DNA from: the human T2T-CHM13v2.0 reference genome, Homo sapiens
Assembly (NCBI RefSeq): GCF_009914755.1
Contig: NC_060928.1
Strand: one strand, 5' to 3'
Length of the DNA stretch: 64,000 nucleotides
The notes under the pieces are model-generated. The model did no database searches and was not told the DNA's origin. It saw only the letters and a list, made by a program, of their open reading frames with translations. The number at the start of each line of letters is the position of its first letter. The stretch's first letter is position 1. This document shows positions 14,412 through 28,178 of the stretch, piece after piece. Position numbers and translations under genes: made by a program.

Positions 14412-15067
14412 TTTTTTAATTTTTATTTTACTTTAAGTTCCAGGATACATGTGCAGAATGTACAGGTTTGTTACATAAATAAACATCTGCCATGGCGGTT
14501 TGCTGTACCTATCAACCTGTCGTCTAGGTTTTAAGTCCTGCATGCATTAGCTATTTGTCCTAATGCTCTCCCTCCCCTCACCCCCTGCCCACAGGCCCTG
14601 GTGTGTGTTGTTCCCCTCCCTGTGTCCATATGTTCTCATTGTTCAGCTCCCACTTATGAGTGAGAGCATGCGGTGTTTGGTTTTCTGTTCCTGTGTTAGT
14701 TTGCTGAGGACAATAGCTTTCAGCTTCATCCATGTCCCTGCAAAGAATATGATCTAATTCCTTTTTATGGCTACATAGTATTCCATGGTATATATGCACC
14801 ATATTTTCTTCATCCAGTCTATCATTGATGGGCATTTGGATTGGTTCCATGTCTTTGCTATTGTAAACAGTGCTGCAATAAACATATATATGCATGTGTC
14901 TTTACAGTACAATGATTTATATTCCTTTGGGTATATGCCCAGTAATGGGATTGCTGGGTCAAATCTTATTTCTGGTTCTAGATCCTTGAGGAATCACCAC
15001 ACTGCCTTCCTCAATGGTTGAACTAATTTACATTCCCACCAACAGTGTAAAAGTGTTCCTATTTCTT
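14412..15067 (-). mobile_element. L1PA 3' end (about 650 bp), same orientation as the SLC2A9 transcript
   Basis: tttattttactttaagttccaggatacatgtgcagaatg ... cccacttatgagtgagagcatgcggtgtttggttttctg ... ggttgaactaatttacattcccaccaacagtg. Confidence 0.92.
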
Positions 15068-17919
15068 ACTGGGGGGTTTTGAGCCCACTTAGTGCTCATT
15101 CTGTGCTGTCTCACTGTCCCTCGGAGGGGGAGCAATGACACTTACAACCACCTGCTGTGGGAGCCTATGGGTGGTGGCAGAGCCCGAACACCTGCTTCCA
15201 GGAGCCTTGGGCCTGACACTAGTCCCTGCCCCTATGTGCCCTGGTTCTGACCTCAGAACCTGGAGCTGAGCTGGTTCTTAGAGAGCATCTTGTTCTACTT
15301 CTGATGGTGCAGGTAGAGAAACACAGCCCAGAGAGGTGTTGTGACCAAACCAGAACTCCTGACCCCTGCCCAGTGTCAACACTCAGATCCCACAGTCTCT
15401 CTGCACCTGCTATGTGGAAGAACTCAACAAGATTGCTGTCCAAGAAGTCATTGGTGAGGAAGCCCAGGAGATGCTGCATGTTGTTTTAGGACGTGTGCCC
15501 CTGAACATATGCTCCCAGCACCGTCTCGCCTGCAGATGCACCCAGTCAAACCTGATGGGTCCCAGGACCTCACGCTGGGGGCTTAACAGTTTCCATTCCA
15601 CTCTTTCCTGCAGGAAGCTCTGTGGCTCATAAAACATTAAAATGAGCACTGCTGCCATTTCATGAAATGCCCAGCCTGTGAAGAATGGGTTAAGGGATTT
15701 TTGGGAGCTGTTGTGTCTGAACACACCAGGCACATCTGGGAGGCACATCTATGAATCTCCTTCCTCATTAGCATGGCAGCTCTTCACCCTAGGGCCCCAG
15801 ATGGGGCAGTTGTCTTACGCTGCCTCCTGCGAGAAATTGGAGCCCTTCTGCCAAAATACCATTGCTATGGGTGGAATGTTTGTGCCCCCCAGAAGTAAAA
15901 AGTTGAAAATGAATCCCCAAACTGATGGTATCAGGAGGTGGAGCCTTTGGGGAGGTGATCAGGTCGGGGGTGCAGAATCCTTACGAACAGGATTCATGCC
16001 TTTATAAAAGAGAATTACAAAGCACTCTGATATCCATGATCTGATATGATCATTTCTCTGGGCCCTAGAGATAAGCATTCACAGGCAAGAAAACTGAGCC
16101 TTTGAGATAACGGGCAGCTTTCCTGAGTCACACAGCTGTGGTATGGGGAAGACGGGGCTGGACCCCAGCTCTGCTAACTCTCAGCTAACCCTGGGCCACA
16201 TGCTGTGACACACAGTAGGCCTTCCAGAGAGCCAGGGAGCATGATGATACTAGCAGCAACATTACCAGGTACAAAGAGGGGAAGAAAAGTGTGTCAACTT
16301 CACGGCTGACACCAGAATGTTTCTCAAGCACTGTCATGGCTAAGAAAAATATTTAGATGAATGTCTGGAGCAGCAGGTGTCTGCTGAATGTCTGCATGTG
16401 TGCTGGTTCCAGCTACAGAAGGGGCGGGAAGGCGCTCGACATGCTAGAGGGAGGAGAAATCGGGGCTCCAGGGGCATCTAAGAAAGCAGAGGGGATGATG
16501 AGCAGAGATGACAGGGAGAGGAAAGAGGAGGCTGTGAGTGGCAGGATGGAGTGACTCCCCCACCACCCTGAAATCTTTGATATGGTCTCTAAACTCTCTG
16601 GTGATTTGTTGTACATGGGTGCTGTTGTTTTTGAGAAAACCAAAGAAGGTACTGAATTTCAAGTTGGGACTATCATGTCATCCCAAGAGCAACAGAACTG
16701 GTCCCCAAGAAGCAGAGGAGACTCAAAGCACAGGGATGCTCTGAATGGTAAAGAAATGTTGAACTTCCTTCCCTGTGCTGTGGAATTGAAGGTACGTTGA
16801 GAACTTCCTCCCAGCTCTCAGGGGCACAGAGACCTCCAGCAATCTCAAAGGTTGCACGGGAATGGCACCCATCACAGGCACAACATAGAAAACATCCTCT
16901 GCTTCAGCAAAACCCTAAGCAATTCTCTAAATCTAAAGTGAGGCTGGTCCTTACAGCAAGAGTTGCTTGTTCTTTAAAACGAAGAAGTGTGTGGGCAATT
17001 TCTAGGAACGACTTCGTGCTCTGAGGGCTGGAGGCTTTGGTAGGGTGGTTTCCGAGCTGTGTTTTCCCGCCCCTTTTTGGCCCTTGGGTTTTCTGTAGGA
17101 GACATTTATCTCCGTGGGCCTCTGTTTCTTCACTCAGCACCCTGTCCCAACAAGTTCTCTCTAGCCAGGGAAAAGGGAGTCCTGGGGCTTAGCTAGTCCA
17201 TGGGCCAAAATGAGAAGACTCTCAGAGGCCACCTATCTTGGCTCACATCTTAGAAATGAAACAGAGTAACAGTGAGGGAGGAGGGCGCTGGTCTTCCGGG
17301 AGCAGGTGACTGCCAGCAGAGACCGAGAGAAGACCTCTGAGGCAGTGCATCCCCACCTCCCTCTGCCCAGCTCCCTCTGCCCGGTTTAGGAGATGGGGAC
17401 ATCTTTATCATTGACAAGGGCAAGCATGGAACGTTACACAGCCCCTCTTCTCTCCTCAGCCATCTCCAGATGGGTATAGGTGAGCTGAGGGCCTCCAGGT
17501 AAGGCCACCACAGACAGCAGGGCCTGAAGAGCCAGCTGATCACCCCGTGGCCTCCTTCCTGGGTTCTGCGTTGGTTGTTGGTGGGTGTGTTTGGTGCACA
17601 GGTGAGGGAGTAAGCGAGGAGTTTACCTCTGTTGCCCCTCCCTCAGCAAGAGCCTACAAAGCACAAAGCCCAGCTCCCTCAAGCATCAGCGGCCTCCGTT
17701 TGTGCCTGCATTTACCTGGGCCTGCCCGTATCTATGATGTCCACACTTCTGTGATCACACAGATTCTTTTTATGTTCTCTTTGTTCCCCCCCGAACATTA
17801 TGTCCTAAGCATGCCTTCATAATGCTACAATCATCTATAATTGTTTGTTAAATAAGTGAATTAAATTGGCATTGGGATATCATTTTCAGTTTTAAGCAGA
17901 TACACGATTACTTATCTAA

Positions 17920-18337
<418 letters not shown>

Positions 18338-21300
18338 GATCTTTTGCTATTATGGTTGTCTTTATGTGCACGTTATGTCTTATAAATAAGAGTCACACAC
18401 ACGCTCAAGGCAGCACCCTGCACTTCAGTGAATTCAGGTTTGAATGAGACAAACTGAGTTAGAATCTCGCTTCTGTGATGAACTATCTGTGGTATCTTAG
18501 GCAAGCTACTCAGCCTCTGAGTGGTCATTTCCTTGTCTGCAAAGTTTTGGAGATCACAGAAGCAAAGCACCATGTGTATTGCAGGCACTGGAGGCTGGGA
18601 TTCTCCTAAACTGACAAGGGTGGCATAAATAAATAAGACCCAGGGCCTGGGACTCATTCCCTGCCACTATGAACTGGGGGTGGGGATGGAGTGGGGATAG
18701 GAACATCCCGAAAGGGGCCTCTTGTCTGAAGTGATTGTGTTGATGGCCCAAGTTCGTGGCCTCCCTACGTTTATGTCCTCTACCCTAAAACTTTGAAGCC
18801 CCTTCCACTCTGACTTTGGGTTAGCTATGTGACTTACTTTGGCCAATAGGATTTTAGGAGATTTCAAGCTTAGAGAAAACGCTTGTGTTTTCCATTTCCT
18901 CTCTGATTACCATGAGAATGTGCCCTGCTGGCCAGCTGGGGATGAGGTGCATTGAACAGAGCTAAGGCCAACCTAGGTCAGCCAGGTGACCAACAGACAT
19001 GCGAGTGAACTTCAGCTGGCCCCAAGAAAGATTTTAAGGTCAAGCCCTACTAAGATTAACAGAACAACACTGTTGACCTATAGGTTTGTGAACTGGGGCA
19101 TGCTATTATCTAAAGCCAATGTGTTTTGGGTGTTTTGTTATGCAGCATTATTACAGTAATAGTTGACTAACACAGGGCCTCTTTTCCCCAAATTATCAAC
19201 AGACTGGAGAAGGGGTATCTCCCACAGTGCCGAGCATGGTGCTAAGTAATAAAGTGCATTTTGTTTACATTCATAAGTTCCAGAGCCAGACTGTCAGAAT
19301 TCAAATTTCAGTGCTGTCATTGGCTAGCTTTATGTCCTTGGCCAAGTTATCCCATCCTTGGTTTTTTTTTTTAGGTCTTAAAATGGGAATAAAAATATTA
19401 CCTACTTTCTATGGTTGTTGTGATGATTTAATGAGCTAATGTATGTGAAGTGCTTAGAATGAAATAGTTTTCAATACAGATGAGCCATTAGTGGGTGTTT
19501 CTGTCCATCTCCCTTAACTAGACCTTCACCCTCCCTCACTCCTGGGGGGCAGGAATGTCATCTCATACCACTGTCTCACCCTGTCACCTGGCAGAACACC
19601 CAACATGCTAAATATCCATTGCTTGCTGAATGTCTGGAGTAAAATTAGCACTTTTATAGGTACAGATGAAAATTTCAATAAGCTATTTCAACTTAAGGCC
19701 AATATCTTTGTTCTTTTTATAGAGTGCACATGTAATATTTATCACGTTTTGTAACTGTACTTCTCCCTCACTCCCTACTGTGCTATGAAATAAAACTTTA
19801 AAACCTTCTTCACTGTCTGGCATTGACATGCACTATTCATTCCAACTGTACTTAATTGAAGCATTTCTCAAGAGAGCCAGAGGGGGTGCGGGTTACCCTC
19901 CCAGGCTAGTAGAGACAGAGCTGGAGGCCTCACCCTCTTCCAATAATGCACAGCCCAGGTGCATCTAGAATCAGATCCCCTTGGTTCTCTCTCTTAGTCA
20001 CCTTCTTTTTACTCCAGAGACTCTGCCATCTGACAACCATCTGAACCAAACTTTTAGGTGGTTTTTCTCCTCACTGGCCACATGGGAAGTCACCCGGTAC
20101 AATAGCCACTACTTCCGTTTCCTGGTATCTCTCTGTGCACGAGGGGTGTTGGAGGAAAATCTTCTTTGGGTTCCAATCCTTTGGTTACTAACGGGTTTAA
20201 GATTGGGGGTGGGAGTTACTAACCAGGGTCCTCTGGAGAAAAGAGGGCTCAAGTCCCAGGTCTATCACCAAGCCATAGGCAGAATTTTGTGTATATGGTT
20301 ACTGTATTGAAGAAAACACTATCATTTCCATCATATTTTCAAAAGCCTCTATAAATCTCTATAAACCAAAACCCACAGCTTTGGGAAACGGAATTCATCC
20401 CTGTAAGCCTCAGTTTCTTCATCTGCAAAATGAAGGTAATAACAATTACCTTCTCTGACTTCACTTTAGAGAAATGTTATAAATGAGAAAATGAATCTGA
20501 TCCATAAACTGCTAGACAAATATAGGTAATTGTTAATATTTCATTATGCCATTTGTTAACTCAGAAAATACTTAGGTAGTGTGAATTTCAAAAGATGTTG
20601 CACAAATTGTATATATAATTCTCAAGTCTTTTCCTGGATTTGGACATAGATGAAATTTAGAACTAAAATGCACAGAGTTCTCAGTAATAATGATAGCAGA
20701 TAATACTACGAACCTTATACGCACCATCTAATTCAGTCCTCACAATGGCCCCATGAGGGAAGTTTATGTCATTTCCTTTTTACAGATGAGGGTTCTGGGG
20801 CTCAGAAAGGTTTAAAAAATTGCTCAAGGTCAGACATCAGAGCTGGATGTGAAGGTAGTGCTGGTTACCTTCACATGCCTAACTAACCATGGTGCTGTCA
20901 ACTGCATCTCATTTTATAAAACTAAAAGAATCAGAATGTGATTGTTCATTCTGCATTGTCTATCTCTAGGCAACATAATTTTGCCTTTTCAGGGCTCTGT
21001 AGAGAGATGTCTCTGATTCCGAAAGCCAAGATTTGAATCTGACTCAGCATCCCCCCATTTAGGGCATTTAAAGAAAGCTACATGAGACAACTCCCAAGCC
21101 CCTTTGCGAGCCTTATTTTTCTCCCCTGTAAAATGAGTGTATACTCCTTCCTCCCTCGAAGGACTGTTGGCAAGGTCCTGTGGGTCATTGTGAAGAAGCA
21201 CTCAGACCAGTGCCTGGTGGGATCTGGTGTTCACTCTGTGCTTGCATCTTTTCCTCTCCTGGCAGGTAAATATTAAGACAGAGGAAGTCAGTGAAGGGAG

Positions 21301-21638
21301 AAGAAGTGGAAGGAGGGCCGCCATGCACCTAAGCCACTCAGAAATTTCAGATGGCTTCATCTCTGTGGCTGGGAACAACTAGAGAGGTGGTAGTGAGACA
21401 CTGCACAGAAGTGAGGGAACCTGCGTCTTATCTTGTCTGTTCTGGCTTTTCCAGATTCCCTGGGAGACTCCCTGGGTGACTCTGTGTCCCCTCTCTGTCC
21501 CCCAGCAAGGCTGTTGGGAAGATGAAATGAGAAGGTACCCTATGATACCCAGCCCAGTGCCTGCAAAAAGGAACAATGACAACACCCCTTCCTGTGCCCA
21601 TTGGCCCAGGTCCCAGCATGCCTTGCAGTGATGATCTA

Positions 21639-22145
<507 letters not shown>

Positions 22146-25100
22146 TTAGGGTCTCCTTCTCTTCAACACCAGGGCTGCCTCCCAGGCTGCCCCAAGAATG
22201 GAGCCTGCATGTGGAGGTGACATGGGCACCACCGCTAGATATCTAGACGCCCACGACATTCAACCATCTCTGTCTTCTCAGTGAGGACACAAGAAGGGCA
22301 GCTGGAGCTCTTGCAGACCCCATGGGAGTGAGGAAGAGGGGGCCAGTGGGGCACAGCTTACCCCTTAGGGAGAGGAGGCCTTTCACTTTCCAGCCAGCTA
22401 TGAAAGGCAAACAGATCCCTACGACACGCACTATTCAAGAGGCAAGTGATGCACTCCAAGCAGTGACATCCCCTGCAGTGCAGCTTAAATGAAGCCCAGA
22501 GCACACGTTACGATGCCCATCAAGGTAGTATTCGTCCTAACCTGCTTTCTTCCTACCCAAGTTTACAAATAGGCTCTCAGTGTGCCACTGAAAGAAGAGA
22601 ATCCTGCTCACAATGCAGTTCTGATCATGAGAAGGAGGAAAAACCAAGTCCTCAATGCCACATCCTTGACACGTTTATTTCCCAAGAAGGTACAAGGAGA
22701 TGGCCAAGGGCAAAATAAGACACACTCAGACCTGAAAAGACTTCACATGATAGGCAGAGGTTCTGTTGGCTTCAGGTGGGGCCCATGGGAAGGTACCCTC
22801 AGGATCCTGGGGCACCAGAACTGGCAGGGCCTGGGGACAGCCTCCCCACCTCTCCCCCAGCTGCCCGCTGGGAGGCAGGGCTTCCCTCTGCTGCTCTCCC
22901 AAGACTCGCTCCCTACTGAGGTCCATGGTAACAGAGACTTTTGCAAGTTCTAGGATCCCATGAAGGGAGAGCAGCAGGGCCCCAGGGCTCAGAGTGAGTG
23001 GGGAAGTGGCCTGCCAGGGGCACACAGCCAGCAGCTGGTCCAATCATCATCTCCATCTAAGGGGTGCCTTAGATTTGATTCCCTTTTCTGTATCTAATAA
23101 CAATTTTTATTCACAAAACTCCTCTGGTTCCGCCAGCCAGCATAGCCCTTCCATCGCCCTTTGAGGAACTGGCAAGGCCAATGTCAGCTTTCCAGTTTCA
23201 GGAGGAGCTCTCGCTAGAAGGCTGGGAGGGGTAGGCTAGGGCTGTCGGGGGCCCAGGAGGGCCAGGGACAGGGGAGTGGGGAGTGACTGCGCATGGGTGT
23301 GGGGTTTCATCTAGGGTGATGCAAATACCCTGGAATTAGGGAAGGCCGATGGTGGCCCGACTCCGTGAAGATACCAAAACCCACTGAGCTGTATACTTTA
23401 AAAGGATGAATTTTATGATATGTGTGTCATAGTTTGATTAAAAAGAAAGACCAGGAAGAAAAAACCCCAACATACATAGAAGTGGAATTTTCGCTAGGCC
23501 TGTGTGTGGTGGTGTTGATTTTATTTTCTCTCGGGGTTTGGCTGCCGTCTCAGTAAGGGTAAAAACAGAATCTGAGAAAACACGAGGGAACCAACCCCAT
23601 GAAGCTCCTACCACGTGCCGGATGTGATGTGAGCCCTTCCCATGGCTGTCTCCTTCCACCGCACAGCCGCCAGCCCCACACACAGCCAGCAATACTGCTG
23701 CATGTTAAAGGTGTGGCAGGCGATTCCTGTGCTGAGGCCTCCCAGCCAGGAGCCACACAGGTGGAAATCAAGCCTAATATTTTCCCACAGTATCGTCACA
23801 GTGGGAGCACTTCCCAGGGGTGGTGTTTTTGGAGCTGCCACTGGGTGGAAGGGCACCCCCAGCATAGGAACAGCATGTATAACCACACAGAGGCATGATC
23901 CACCCAGGCTCATTGGGGAACAACAACTGTAGTGGAAACAGAAGGTCAGGGGATGCCGGAGATGTGGGAGCTGAGGCTGGAGCCTTGAGCAGAGGTCAGG
24001 TCATGGGTGGCTTTGCTGCCTTTCCATGGCTCTTGGACTTGGCTTGAGGACAACAGGAGCCTTTGAGGGGTCTATGCACTAGCTGAGATGGACACTCTCT
24101 ATTTCCTTGAATCTACAATTCAGTGTTTTTGGAATCTTAGTCAGTGGGTATGTTTCACATTGCATGACTTATTCCTGAAAGGCTGTTATCAAGTTTATGG
24201 CATAGCCTTTGATCCCTGGTCTCTTAAATACAAGGACGTGTGGACTCTTTCTTAAGGGGGGTCGCATGGGTGACTATGGTCTTCTTTCTACCTCTGGAGA
24301 AAAGGCGGATTCTTTAAACCTCAGGGTGGGCAGCCCCCGGATTGGGATGCCAACATTTCTGAACTGGGGAAGGACAATGGCAGTGGCCACTCTGCACACA
24401 TCCCTGGGGTGAACAGCGGAAAAGGTGAGGGTCGGGAGTGTCCAGAGTGGAGCTCAGATAAGAGTTTACTCCAGAGGGACTGAGCTTAGCCAGCAGAAGA
24501 GTCTGAACCTGGCTTTTTCCAGCAAGTGTTCAGAGATTTCCTGGAGATATTAGCTGGCTGCAGGGAGAGGTGTTATAGTTAGGAGAGATTATTCCCCTCA
24601 CCTTCTACCAAGAAAAGTGTGACTGGGTGTGTGGGTAGGGTGTGTGTTGAATGAAGTGTTTCCACCCATATTATACATGTGGCCCACCCAAATAATAAAA
24701 ATAGCTAGGATGACCTGCGCACACGTCATCTCAATGAGTAAGTGCCTAGCCTGCTCACTCATTCCTGCCGTGGGGCCACAATAAAGGCTCTGCTATGCCC
24801 TGTGCTTTATGGAAGAATTTCTGACAATGAACATGCACGTCTTCTCTCCCAATGACAGTGGTAAAGATGTAATCGCCATCAGCAACCCTTACTGAGCAGG
24901 GGCTTGCAGCCAGGATCAGGGCAACCTAGTGAGTGGCTATGGGCACAGCTCTCTTGCAGGCTGTCTGGATTTGAATTCTGCCTCTACCCCCACTCACTGT
25001 GCTGTGGGCAAGTTATCGAAATGCCTATGCCTCAGTGTTCTCATCTGTAAAATGGGGACAGTGACAACACGTATTCCTAGGGAGGATTTCTGTTGGGAGG

Positions 25101-27249
25101 ATTTAGTCCATGAATGGATGTCGGGAGTGCTGAGCACAGGCCTGCACACACTGTAGGTGTTCAACAGGAAAGAGTGGCTTTTATTACTAAGCACATTGGA
25201 TAGTTCATCTCTTCTCATCCTCACAATAGCTCGCAGACAGAGAGCCTGTGATTATCTCCACTACACAGAAATATTAACTGCAGCACAGAGGGGTTCAATA
25301 GCTCATTGAGGCCACAACTCGGTCATAGAGGCATGACTGGCCGCCAAATCTGGGATCCCAGAGTCTGAATTCAAATCCAGGAGGCCTGATAAGACATACC
25401 TAGTGACCAGGGAGGAGCCACCAGACCACCAGACTCAGGGGAAGGGCCAGGAGAGCTTGGTCTGAACTTCTACCATCTGACCCAGGCCTAAGACCCTCAG
25501 TGGCCCTTGATGGAGCTCCTGGGCACTTGGTCCCAACACAGAGCTGAGGCCTCAGTGTTTTACATTAGATGGGCATGGCCTGAAGGCAGAGACCTGCTAG
25601 CACACAGTAGTGGTTCAATACATGTCTATTGAAGGAGCAAATCAGCGTGGGAAAGGGCTTTCCTACACACTGGTCCCTTTCACAAACAGCCCTTGCCATT
25701 TTCAGACAGTGGCCTCTGAGTGTCTTTTTCAGATGCTGTTCAAAAAGGAAGGCATGTTTTAAAAAACCGCATATTACTCGCCTGACACAAGACCATGAGG
25801 TGCCACCAAACGACAACCTCAAAGATGAGTCTTTGTGGTGTCGGTCCAGCCTGCTGGGTTTGGTAAAGCCCTAGAGCGTCCATCTAGGAGAACACAGGCA
25901 GAGTCTTTGCACCTGCTATTTCACTCAGGAGGAAAGAAAAGGATAGTCTTGTCGGCCAAGGTGATTTTTAACTCCCAGTCAGGTCAGGCGAATGGGCTTT
26001 GCAATAACTCTATTATCTTGTTCTTTAATCTGCAGGTTTCCATGTTTTAAATAGACTTCCAGGTCATATTTCCCCCAAGCTATAGACTACTTTAGTCCAT
26101 AAATAATATCATCCTGGACTATGATGAATCAGCAAAAAATGTTTAAGTAGAGTTGAAATCATTACTCTTACCCCAAGTCAAGTTCTTATAAAGGATGTTC
26201 CAATATGCTCATGGTCCCCAGACAAGGGAGCACGGTGAGGGGGTTGATGCTGGCTGGGCCACTTATGCCTCTGACAGCAAAAGGGCTCCAGAAGTGGCCA
26301 TTGCTCCATGCTGCTGGATTGGAAAGGGGAAGAGCAAGCCCTACCTTACACAGCTATTTGGGGGATTAAATGAAATGCTCTTCTTTATATTTCTTCATAT
26401 TTAGGCTCTTATTCTAATAATGGCTTACATTGATCAAGTGGGCTCCACGTGCCCAGCTCCCTGCTAAGTGTGTTACAAATGTAACCTTGTGTTACATAAG
26501 AACAGTCCAGAATGTCATCTAAATACAACCTTGATCTTTGTCTCCTTATTCCTCTAAAATTTAATCCCTGGGGCTTTATTTCCCTGCCCCATTCTAGGAG
26601 CTCATGTCTTTTCTGCTGAAACTGAGCAGAGTCCTATCCTAGAATCACAATTTCAATTTAGACATCAGAATTGCCAGTATAAAATAATAATCAAAATCAA
26701 CCGAATTGAATGGATTGACTGACACTTCTTCCATCTCCCATACCCCTTCCTCCAAGCCTGCTTTAGGCTAGAAGCCTGCAGTGGAAAGAGCTGGGGTGGG
26801 AGGTAGATGGTTGACTTCTCTATTTCTCTCCTCCTTCCTACCCCTCTTCCCCAGGCTTGCTAGCCAGTGTCTGACCCCTCTAGGAACCAAGTGTGTGAGG
26901 CTGTACGTTGGGACTCTGGGGCCAATGGATGTGTAAAACTGATATTGTTTCCTCATGAGCACTTTCTGAGGGTTCTGGAGTGTCCCAACCTTGGGACCAC
27001 CCACTTGCCCTTGCAGTTGTCCTAGCCTGCAGGTTTGCAGGTGCTCTTTCTCTGTCTCTGCTGCAAGGTGTACATCTCTTTCTGTCTCTCTCCATTGCAG
27101 CTCAAGGGATCCAGGGTCAAGGCTGCTCTGCATATTTGTGAAAGGTGCACCGAGCACTCAGCTCCCTGATAAGGGGGTGGGCTGAGGCTAAATCCAGCCC
27201 ACTCTGACCCCAACCTAGGTGGCCATGAGGTTAGTGTATTAATATTAAT

Positions 27250-27811
27250 CATGTTTTATGTGTTCTGTATTTTATTTCGCTTTCATATTGTATGACCTTT
27301 CTGATTTCAGAGAGACCGACCTTTCCCGAGCAGTTATTAATAGCAGCTCCCTAGCTATTAATAATTCCTAGAGCTAGTAAACAACCTGCCTGAGAGCAGG
27401 CCTTTCGTATGCAAACCCACCAATCCAAAGTCTATACTCCAATCACTTCCTTTATCAAACTCTCACACTCTGAGCCAACATTTCCCCTCCCACAGGCCAC
27501 TCCAGAGCCAGGTATCAGACAACTAGGGAACAGCCCTGTAGCCCAGAGCCTGGCAACATGATCTCAAGCCTGCCTCCCCTGCTCACTCATTCCTGCCATG
27601 GGGCCACAATAAAGGCTCTGGTGCAGGCTGTCCCCTCCCTCTTTCTGCCTCCTGACTGACCCAGTGCTTCCCTGCGTGGTCCTGCATGGCGTGGTATGTC
27701 CCCTCCTCTAGGGAACTGTGAGTAATAAATTCTTCTTTCAGATAAGGTTGCCTCCATGTCCATCACCTCGCCATACAGGATTCATACAAATTCTGGGTAC
27801 ATTTTAGAACA
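27250..27811 (+). mobile_element. Old ERVL-type solo LTR (MER54/MER74-like)
   Basis: ccaatc box, cagacaactaggg, acaataaaggctc, gtaataaattc, ends ttttagaaca; subfamily from memory. Confidence 0.6.
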
Positions 27812-28002
27812 GCTGGTTGCCCCTCCCACTCAGGCATGTATGTTCTTGCTGTAGGTGGCCACTTATTTCTTTCTAAACACCACCCCCCCACCCCTTACCT
27901 TCCATGACACACTCTCCCTGGTTCTCCTCCAGCTTCTCGGGATACTTATCCAAGGTTTTGAGGCAAGCCCTCCTCTCATTCATCTCACACACATCCCCCG
28001 GG

Positions 28003-28178
28003 TAGTGATTCTTGAACTTGGCTGCCCATTGGAATCACTTGGAGAGTTTTTACAAACTACTGATACTCATTCCTTACTCTCAGAGATTTGGGGTTAATTG
28101 GTCTGGGGGTGCGGCTTAGGTGCTGGGGTTGTTCAAGCTCTCCAGGTGACTCTAATGTAGAGCTATTTGACGGCCACT
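28003..28178. mobile_element. MER5-type hAT DNA transposon remnant
   Basis: cttgaacttggctgcccattggaatcacttggagag ... ttaattggtctgggggtg ... ccaggtgactctaatg. Confidence 0.7.

Noticed and set aside
20525-20542. HNF1-like site GGTAATTGTTAAT
   Set aside because: Three mismatches to consensus in AT-rich MIR-adjacent sequence; expected by chance.
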